Position numbers and translations under genes: made by a program. The notes under the pieces are model-generated. The model was not told where the DNA came from. It saw nothing but the letters and a program-made list of their open reading frames with translations, and did no database searches. A stretch of 64,000 nucleotides of DNA from an uncultured Verrucomicrobiae bacterium (lineage in GTDB: Bacteria; Verrucomicrobiota; Verrucomicrobiia; Limisphaerales; Palsa-1400): positions 288,001 to 352,000 of the forward strand of contig CAVXRD010000002.1 in the NCBI GenBank assembly GCA_963764165.1, read 5' to 3'. This document shows, one piece after another, positions 57,801-64,000 of the stretch (position 1 is its first letter; each line of letters opens with the position of its first letter).

Positions 57801-58398
57801 CGGGATTTATGGCGGCGGAACGGTGTTTAGATTTTCGCCGAACACCGGCATCACCAATATTTATTCTTTCGGCGCCGTGACGAATTCCGACGGCGACGCC
57901 CTCGATGGCTTGCGGCCGCTCGCTGGCTTGTCATCTGCGCCGGACGGCTCCCTCTACGGAACCACTTACTCCGGCGGATTCAGCAATTGCGGCACGGTTT
58001 TCAAAATCACAACCAATGGCGCATTAACCACTGTGGCTTGGTTTTCCGGCGGCGACGGCGCCGGCCCGGCGGCTCCACTGACACTCGGGGTGGACGGAAA
58101 TTTTTACAGCACCACCCAATATGGCGGTGTCAACAATAATGGCGCGATTTTCGAATTGACGCTTTTCCGCCCCGTCCCGGCCATTCAATCGGTGTCCGCC
58201 TTTGGCGGGATGATTAGCATGACGTGGAGTGTCATTTCCGGCCAGACCTATCAAGTGCAGTATGCCGCGGATCTGAGCCAGGCCGCATGGGCGAATTTGG
58301 GCCCTTCAACCGTCGCAACCGGCAGTCAACTAAATGTATCCGACTCGCTCACCCAATCGCAGCGCTTCTATCGCCTGGAAAAAATCTCCGCGCCCTGA
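54886..58398 (+). CDS. Secreted GloVer tandem-repeat protein with three Ig-like domains
   Basis: Signal peptide MKTQAARI...ARA; DGNFYGTT/GTIFKITTNG repeats in two blocks; Ig domains with YQWxFxG..L.DGG..SG; C-terminal YQVQYAADL..WANLG..QRFYRL domain. Confidence 0.9.
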   Translation: MKTQAARIILVAGILLCLVMGEARAGVVFDSLYALEANSYGTLSQSTNGRYFWGTTLGSGSIFSPGTVFQISTNGYKVPAGFRDYVSNLVSFTTAEGGGPRAGVTLTPSGLLCGTASAYARSNSLFPGGMGAVFSVYTNALFSQIYSFGLGTNSKGQPLDGACPRGPVVVGPSNALYGTTYYGGTNGYGGTNAYGAKLGFGTIFEIPTNLTGGKATFIKLHSFTGVDGVNPTALVLGRDTNFYGVATFGGSNLTVVDTNGDVGFGTIFKVSTAGALTTLYCFGSATNSQGGALDGSQPNSIMQASDGNFYGTTTYGGLNATTVDSNHDVGYGTIFKITTNGALTTLYSFGTILNSNGTPLDGAFPSGPLAEGPDGNFYGVTTYGGATNTGTIFAITPAGILTTLHSFAQTNPAYIGQPIYPSHLGGSYPRGGVIVGTDANLYGTTSVGGPLAESDGSFFSLGPAVPAIVNAPGTITVLAGATNTYSIGVNTLYAASFQWLFNGSPLTDGGEITGSGTTNLTLAGLTLGDSGTYTLVASNVVGSSSASGALTVVPALITEQPSSAMIVAGSANTFSVGVTNIYPVAYQWQFGGTNLVDGGEISGSSTSNLTVSGATLADAGAYLVIISNAIGVITSAPAILRVEPFSVTNVPTNLTIMAGSTATLSVGVQNAGAIHYQWAFDGANLSDSGNIFGSLTATLTITNAVINNAGTYSVTISNASGVETLSAIVWVIPHAAAGYSMTNVHSFNSNSDGALPNALTLGSDGALYGTTTYGGSNGLLSGTIFKFVPGGSLATLYSFTGGADEADPNSALVEGTNGVFFGTTWSELYGQYGTVFEFSTNGTVTTLATFNDTNGADPNGVTYGTDGSLYGTTYMGGDDNAGTVFSVNPTTSVLDLLVTGTAVTTGNFPLTPLTLGADGNFYGGTETTVFELNSYGALSNVFEFLGSNSGLDAFGALLQTADGQFYGTTAEGGIYGGGTVFRFSPNTGITNIYSFGAVTNSDGDALDGLRPLAGLSSAPDGSLYGTTYSGGFSNCGTVFKITTNGALTTVAWFSGGDGAGPAAPLTLGVDGNFYSTTQYGGVNNNGAIFELTLFRPVPAIQSVSAFGGMISMTWSVISGQTYQVQYAADLSQAAWANLGPSTVATGSQLNVSDSLTQSQRFYRLEKISAP

Positions 58399-58404
58399 CG
58401 AACG

Positions 58405-61400
58405 CTACTTGCATGCCCCCAGCGGCTGCAATCCTATGGTGCCTTGCAGTTTCGCGAGATAATCGGGGCTGCTGACGAGTTGAAATTCGGCGCAGGCGAG
58501 TTTCATTCTCTCGGGAATATTGAGGCGCTCTGATTCGTCGGCATAATTTTTGCGCTTCAGGAAGCTCTCCAGATACGCCGTGTGTTTGCGCCACAATTGA
58601 ATGTCGTGCTTTTGCTTCGCCTCAAGCCGGCGCGCGTACCAGTCGCTGGCCAGCACGCTTTCGCGGCTGAACAATGCGCGAATTTCCGCATGATTGACAT
58701 CTCGGCCTTCGTAATTGCCATGCGTCATGATGTGCAGCAGGGCTTTTAAGGGCGGGCACGCCATTTCAATGCTTCCGTCAGCAAAGTAGCTTTCGGCAAC
58801 GCGCTTGTGCGTGCCGACGATGTTGTCCACCCCGTCTGCGAACTCCGCCATGTTCTGCTTTTCCGGGCGCAGCATGTCGTCGGTGAACACCGCGAAGGGA
58901 TAGTTGAACACGCGGCCGAAAAATGTCCTGACAAAACTCGCCGTCATGCGATAGCCCAGCCGGCTCGCCCGCACAGTCGAACCGTTGAAGTCAAAGTCTT
59001 CGCACTTCTCAAAAAAGCCATTGTCAATCAAATAGTACGGCTGCCGCTCGGCGGGGCTCATGCGGCACCACACTTCGGGAATCAGCAGGCTGATGTCGTG
59101 ATCCACCCGCACCTTCGGCCCGATGTGCCCGGCGGCGGAAATAAACGCGTCGCAACCGGTAAGCGCATACGAAACCAGCGCGGCGTTGAGATCAATGATC
59201 GGCGGGAGCGCGTTGAACGGTCCCTTCGTCATCGCGCCTTCCGACCCCGCCCCGGTAGTCGAGGGAGATTTGCCCGTCATGCTGGAAATGAACTCCATGA
59301 ACAGCTCCGGCAATTCCATGTAATGCACCGGGTTGAACACCGCCAGCGAACGAATGCGCGCGGCGGCATCCGGCGGGTTATTGCGGCGGCCCGGCACGAC
59401 AACATTTACGGGCGTGTAAAGCGGCGTTTTCAGTCCGATGCGCCGCTGCAAGCGCGTCGCCATTTCGGCGGCGTGGACTTCGCGCGGATGCTCAAGATCC
59501 GGCCGCTTTTGCAGATAGCGCGGATTTTTGGAAGGCTGCCCGTCGACCAAACGCGGGTGCGCCGAGGAGACAAAATACTTCGGCCCATCGCTCTTCACGA
59601 CGTCAAGTATTAGACGCTGCATCGGCTCAGTGTAGGTGGCGAAGCCGATGGAATCTTCCACCAATTCGCGCGCGTCCGGCCCTGATAGCGGCTGGAAGTT
59701 CGAGAGAAAATTGCCCGGCTCAGACAAATCCTTTTCAGTAAGCTTGTCGTATCCGCGATGAATCGCCTCGTCGGGCCGCTGGAATAAGCGTGTCTCCGTG
59801 TTGTAGACAAATTTGACCGCGAGGCTGGAATAATCCGGGTTCAAATGCGCCAGCGCCCTGGATGGAACCACCACTGATGCGGTGATGTCATCCTCCTCCT
59901 GCAATTTCGCGGCCGGGTGAAAATCCTTCCGCAAACCGAAGACGCGCCACGCGCCATCCGGCTCGTAGCCGACGCGCAGGAAGTTGGAAACGAGCTTGCG
60001 CCCGTCGCATTTCAATTCGTTGCCGGGCGTGCCGTTGATGATGTCCACGCTGAAGTGCTCGCGCCAATTTTCGCCCCACGACGATTTGTAAAAGCGTTTC
60101 ACGACAAACAATAATTCGAGCAAATACTGCGGAATCAGGCTGAGCCACTGGTTGAACTTATCACTGCAATCCGTCGCCGACGGCGTGAAAAGCTTGATCA
60201 CCGATCCAAGAGAGCGCTCGGGGCTGAGAATCTTCCGCGCGTCCGTGCCGATTTTCGCCGCATCGCGAAAACGATCCGAATAATCCCTGTCAATCAAATC
60301 TTCAAGAAAATCGAAATCCTTTTTGAAATCCGCCGTGAAAACCGGCCCCTGTATGATGGCGTCCGTGATCGGCTTGGAAATCTCGGATTTGCCCCCGCCC
60401 GAAACCGTGCAGGGCTTGTGGCAAAGCGTCGGCTCGGCCACCGTTCCAACCAGGCGCCAACTGCGGTTGCCCGCGGGTTTCTCCATCTGCACCCGGTAGC
60501 CCGAGGGGCGGATGTAAATTTTATTGGCCAGCAGCTTGATTTTCTTTACCCCGCCTTCGACCGGCCAGGTGATGGTTTGCTTGCGCAGGTCGAAATGCAC
60601 GTCGCGCGGAATGTAAATGATGTCGGGAAATTGATTGTCAATCGCATAGCCCTCCGGCTGCAATTGCATCGCGCCGCCCGAAAGCTCCAGCACCTCCTCG
60701 AACGAATGCCCGCGGTTGCGCACATGCTTGTCGGTGTAAAACTCCTCGCCCAAATCGTAGCTCGCATAGACGCGCGCCCCGCCCGCATGCTCCTCCTCGC
60801 AAAGGCCGTAAAGATTGGCCGCGTAGCTGATCTGCGTTTTGACTTCCTTTTTGCAGTAACCGTAATAATTGTCGGCAATTACGGTGACGATCACGCCGCG
60901 CTCGTCGCGGGCAGTGATTTTGAACGCGCCGCCGTCGTTGTAACATTCCGCTTCGTTCTTCCAGCACATCCCGTCGCGTTTCTGGCGTTCGGTGGCCTCC
61001 TCCCAGCGCGGAAGGCCAAGAGATTTTTTCGTCGTCTTCACCAGGTGCGGCGCGAGGATGATGCAGCCGGTGTGGCCAGTCCAATGTTCAACATCCAGCC
61101 CCGCGTCGTTTTCCGGCAGGAAAGGATCGCCCGCGTTGCCGAAAATGGATTCCACAAAATCCAGGTTGCTGACCAGATTGCCCGGCGCGAAGAGCCGCAC
61201 TTCCATCGATTTCTTCTCGATGAAACCTTCCACCGGCGGACAAACCACCGGGCGGAGCAGCAGCGAAACAAAACATTCCGCCTGCTCCTTTTGGGTCGAG
61301 GTGAATGGCAGCCGCAAGAGCGAAGCGGGAGGTTGGAAAGCCATTTCCAGCAACCGGCCAAAAGCAATTTTCGGCACGGCCTTTTTGTCGTCGGGGATTG

Positions 61401-61857
61401 GCAGGCCGCCTTCTGTCACATGAAACACGCCTTGAGTCGTGCGGCGGTCGCTGGCGGGATTATGGAGAACGCCCTGGCGAAGCCTGTACGAGCGCACGAT
61501 GTCCGATGTGAATTCATCGCAATCCGGCGGCAGTGATAACTCGCGCGCCAGCCCCGCGGTGTCCAAAACGAACGCCCGCTTCGGCCAGGGAACGACCGTG
61601 CCGGTCTCCGACAAATAGTCCCGCAAAAATTCATTGATGCGCGAATCGGCCGGGCACAGGTGATCGGCCAGCAGGCGCATGGTTTCCTTTTGCCGGGAAA
61701 ACATGGGCGCCGCGAGGCCGTGAAAGGAACTGACCGCGCCTGCGCCAAAAGTGGCGCACCCTGTCAGCGCCAGTCGCAGGTTGATGCCTTCAATGAGAGT
61801 TGAATCGGGCCGGCCGCGCCCGGTTGTCCCGCCGTTGGAATTGGTTTCTGCCGTCAT
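58405..61857 (-). CDS. PPi-type phosphoenolpyruvate carboxykinase
   Basis: About 1150 aa with VLHNPASDRRTTQGVFHV, ADNYYGYCKKEVKTQISY, CHKPCTVSGGGKSEISK, MTGKSPSTTGAGSEGAMTKGPFNAL; these match my recollection of the Entamoeba/Propionibacterium PPi-PEPCK family. Confidence 0.8.
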   Translation of the reverse strand: MTAETNSNGGTTGRGRPDSTLIEGINLRLALTGCATFGAGAVSSFHGLAAPMFSRQKETMRLLADHLCPADSRINEFLRDYLSETGTVVPWPKRAFVLDTAGLARELSLPPDCDEFTSDIVRSYRLRQGVLHNPASDRRTTQGVFHVTEGGLPIPDDKKAVPKIAFGRLLEMAFQPPASLLRLPFTSTQKEQAECFVSLLLRPVVCPPVEGFIEKKSMEVRLFAPGNLVSNLDFVESIFGNAGDPFLPENDAGLDVEHWTGHTGCIILAPHLVKTTKKSLGLPRWEEATERQKRDGMCWKNEAECYNDGGAFKITARDERGVIVTVIADNYYGYCKKEVKTQISYAANLYGLCEEEHAGGARVYASYDLGEEFYTDKHVRNRGHSFEEVLELSGGAMQLQPEGYAIDNQFPDIIYIPRDVHFDLRKQTITWPVEGGVKKIKLLANKIYIRPSGYRVQMEKPAGNRSWRLVGTVAEPTLCHKPCTVSGGGKSEISKPITDAIIQGPVFTADFKKDFDFLEDLIDRDYSDRFRDAAKIGTDARKILSPERSLGSVIKLFTPSATDCSDKFNQWLSLIPQYLLELLFVVKRFYKSSWGENWREHFSVDIINGTPGNELKCDGRKLVSNFLRVGYEPDGAWRVFGLRKDFHPAAKLQEEDDITASVVVPSRALAHLNPDYSSLAVKFVYNTETRLFQRPDEAIHRGYDKLTEKDLSEPGNFLSNFQPLSGPDARELVEDSIGFATYTEPMQRLILDVVKSDGPKYFVSSAHPRLVDGQPSKNPRYLQKRPDLEHPREVHAAEMATRLQRRIGLKTPLYTPVNVVVPGRRNNPPDAAARIRSLAVFNPVHYMELPELFMEFISSMTGKSPSTTGAGSEGAMTKGPFNALPPIIDLNAALVSYALTGCDAFISAAGHIGPKVRVDHDISLLIPEVWCRMSPAERQPYYLIDNGFFEKCEDFDFNGSTVRASRLGYRMTASFVRTFFGRVFNYPFAVFTDDMLRPEKQNMAEFADGVDNIVGTHKRVAESYFADGSIEMACPPLKALLHIMTHGNYEGRDVNHAEIRALFSRESVLASDWYARRLEAKQKHDIQLWRKHTAYLESFLKRKNYADESERLNIPERMKLACAEFQLVSSPDYLAKLQGTIGLQPLGACK

Positions 61858-62000
61858 CGACGAGCAAAGAGAATGTCGGAGCGTGAAATTATTGGCAATA
61901 TCAGAGTGTTTTTCTGCACGATTTTTGGCAAATATTTTTGGTACTTGGCGCATTTTGCGTCATTTCGCGAACACGGCGAATAAAAATTTCCGAAAGCCGC

Positions 62001-62031
62001 TTGACTCTCCCTTAGCTGGAGACAGTAAACC
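62001..62031 (+). promoter_or_regulatory. MerR-type promoter/operator
   Basis: TTGACT - 19-bp spacer - TAAACC, with dyad TCTCC-N7-GGAGA running from the end of the -35 into the spacer. Confidence 0.8.
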
Positions 62032-62039
62032 GTGAAAGC

Positions 62040-62858
62040 ATGAAGAATTCATACAGCATCGGCGAGTTCTCCAGGATAACTGGCTTGTCCGTGAAAACGC
62101 TCCGGTTTTATCACGAAAAGGGAATCCTCGCCCCTACTTCCATTGACGAGGCGACGGGCTATCGTTTCTACGACGGCGCAAAAATCGACAAGGCGCGCAT
62201 CATCATGCAATTGCGCCAGATGGAGTTTTCAATCGAGGACATCGACGCCATTCTGCGCGAATGCGCCGACGAGGCCGATGTGCTCAATTATCTCGAACGC
62301 CAAAAGACCAAGCTTCAGCAGCGCATCCAGGAAGACCGGGACATCGTGCGGTCGCTGGGCGACATCATCGCCCGGGAAAAATCCGCTCAGGAACTTCTGC
62401 GAACCGCCGACAATGCCATCACCGAGAAACATCTTGAGCCGATCCTTGTCGCGGGAATTCGAATCAAAGGGAAATACAGTGATTGCGGCGAAGCATTCAG
62501 CCGTCTCGGAAAAGCGGTCGGAAGATACATTTGCGGAAAACCGCTGTGCCTTTATTACGATGGTGAATTTCGCGAAAGCGATGCGGACTTTGAGCCATGC
62601 TTTCCTGTTAAAAAAGAAAACGCAGGGCCCGGCATTGAATTTCACACCCTGTCCGGAGGCCGCATTTTAAGCCTCATTCATCGCGGTCCTTATGATCAAT
62701 TGGGCCGGAGCTATGCGAAAATTCTGCGCCACGCCGATGAACGCGGCCTCAAAATCAACCTTCCAACGCGGGAGGTATTTGTGAAAGGCCCGGGGATGAT
62801 TTTCAAAGGCAATCCAAAAAACTATTTGACTGAGATCCAATTGCCGATTGGCGCGTGA
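62040..62858 (+). CDS. MerR family regulator with GyrI-like effector domain (BmrR-like)
   Basis: YSIGEFSRITGLSVKTLRFYHEKG, TGYRFY; HRGPYDQL, PTREVF, TEIQLP. Confidence 0.93.
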   Translation: MKNSYSIGEFSRITGLSVKTLRFYHEKGILAPTSIDEATGYRFYDGAKIDKARIIMQLRQMEFSIEDIDAILRECADEADVLNYLERQKTKLQQRIQEDRDIVRSLGDIIAREKSAQELLRTADNAITEKHLEPILVAGIRIKGKYSDCGEAFSRLGKAVGRYICGKPLCLYYDGEFRESDADFEPCFPVKKENAGPGIEFHTLSGGRILSLIHRGPYDQLGRSYAKILRHADERGLKINLPTREVFVKGPGMIFKGNPKNYLTEIQLPIGA

Positions 62859-62889
62859 CGAATTTTGTGGGAACATCCTCGGACCACAA

Positions 62890-63366
62890 ATGAAAACAAA
62901 GCGAAAGTCGTGGCAGGAAAAGCTGGCGATTAATAAAGGATTTCCCAAGGTAGCGCCGATTGACGCCAGCAAAAGCAAACGCTGGGGCACGGGCACTTTT
63001 GTCATTCCCGCCCCGTTGGAAGTGGACGCGCTCATGCGCGGCGTTCGCAAAGGCAAGCTCACCACCATTGACGAATTGCGAAAGCATCTCGCCCGCAATC
63101 ATGGCGCGACCATTGCCTGCCCCATCACGACGGGCGTTTTCGCGTGGATCGCCGCCAACGCGGCTGCCGAAGCCGCCGCCGAAGGAAAGAAGCGGACGAC
63201 ACCTTATTGGCGCACGTTGAAAACAAATGGTGAATTGAATCCGAAATATCCGGGCGGACCGGTGGAACTTACGAAGCTGCTGTCAAGTGAAGGACATACG
63301 GTCATTCAGAAGGGCAAACGGTTCTTCGTGGAGAATTTCGAGGCGAAACTGGCGGCTCTTTCGTAG
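62890..63366 (+). CDS. MGMT DNA-binding domain / alkyltransferase-like protein
   Basis: VRKGKLTT, CPITTG, PYWRTLKTNGELN (Trp in place of the catalytic Cys of PCHR), LLSSEG. Confidence 0.75.
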   Translation: MKTKRKSWQEKLAINKGFPKVAPIDASKSKRWGTGTFVIPAPLEVDALMRGVRKGKLTTIDELRKHLARNHGATIACPITTGVFAWIAANAAAEAAAEGKKRTTPYWRTLKTNGELNPKYPGGPVELTKLLSSEGHTVIQKGKRFFVENFEAKLAALS

Positions 63367-63421
63367 CGCGGTGTTATTCACGGTGACCGAGGAGTAAATA
63401 AGGTGGCCGACTCACTCGGAG

Positions 63422-63545
63422 CGGAGCGCGGCTGTGTTCGGAGGAGCGAAGCGACGAAGAATCAGCCGCAGCACGCTGCGATCAGTCGAGACGCCTTTCG
63501 GTTTGTCATGCTGCTGCGACTGGTCTGCGACACAGTCGCGCTCCG
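63422..63545. repeat. REP doublet, family 4 (GGAG type)
   Basis: CGGAGCGCGGCTGTGT...CAGCCGCAGCA ... TGCTGCGACTGGTCTGCGACACAGTCGCGCTCCG. Confidence 0.75.
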
Positions 63546-63559
63546 CTAAAGGTCACCCG

Positions 63560-64000
63560 CTAGCGAAATTGCTGGCAGGCGCTCTTGACGATCCACTTGG
63601 ATTTCTCCAGCGCGGCCAATGCCGCCCCTGCATCCGCGCCGGTCACAGCTTGGACGATTCGCACCGCGCGCTCGCGCAATTTTCGATTGGACGCATTCAC
63701 GTCCACCATCAAATTGCTCATCACCTTGCCCAAGCGCACCATGGCCAGTGTCGTTAGTGTGTTAAGCACAATTTTTGTGGCGGTGCCGGATTTCAAGCGG
63801 GTTGAGCCGGTCAATATCTCCGGTCCGACGTTGGGCGCGATCACCACATCCGGACGAACGTCTTTGGAAATTTCCAGATGCGGATTAAAGCACACCAGCA
63901 TGGTGCGAGCGCCGCGCTTCTTTGCCTCGTGAATCGCGCCCCAGACAAACGGCGTGCGCCCGCTGGCTGCGATTCCAACCACCAGATCGCGCTCGTCGAC
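63560..64000 (-). CDS. murQ: N-acetylmuramic acid 6-phosphate etherase (5' part outside window)
   Basis: VVGIAASGRTP, VGPEILTGSTRLKSGTATK, RLGKVMSNLMVDV..SNRKLRERA. Confidence 0.93.
   Translation of the reverse strand, partial: VDERDLVVGIAASGRTPFVWGAIHEAKKRGARTMLVCFNPHLEISKDVRPDVVIAPNVGPEILTGSTRLKSGTATKIVLNTLTTLAMVRLGKVMSNLMVDVNASNRKLRERAVRIVQAVTGADAGAALAALEKSKWIVKSACQQFR

Overview
Ordinary-looking chromosomal window of a GC-rich bacterium, most likely Verrucomicrobiota of the Pedosphaera/Limisphaera type. This is inferred from the GloVer-repeat/Ig surface proteins with a C-terminal '...QRFYR' domain, a short ParC without an adjacent parE, and DUF3300/DUF2950. It holds about 45 protein genes. 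Housekeeping genes are parC, an ABC-F ATPase, sucA/sucB, tgt, glnD, a PPi-type PEP carboxykinase, murQ (partial) and two Hsp20s. Accessory genes include two GloVer repeat proteins, scattered MoxR/DUF58/VIT-vWA genes, a YtrA-ABC operon whose permease is fused to an alpha/beta hydrolase, a GbsR-MBOAT-SDR operon, a sulfatase and one intact IS5-family element. parC and the ABC-F gene each carry a single extra base about 1 kb apart, probably read errors. No rRNA, tRNA or CRISPR array was seen. The intergenic DNA is rich in repeats, with at least six families of REP/REPIN-like palindromes. The most interesting signal is a dispersed ~100-bp non-palindromic element (TATAATCT-N10-GYWACA-N3-GYTACA-N-TGTTGA..IHF-like..TTA-N4-[GYAACA x4, helically phased]-TTTC) present in five full or partial copies. 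At 45.9-46.6 kb one copy is interrupted by a 318-bp ISL3-like MITE with an 8-bp target duplication, and that MITE itself carries another copy of the same element.
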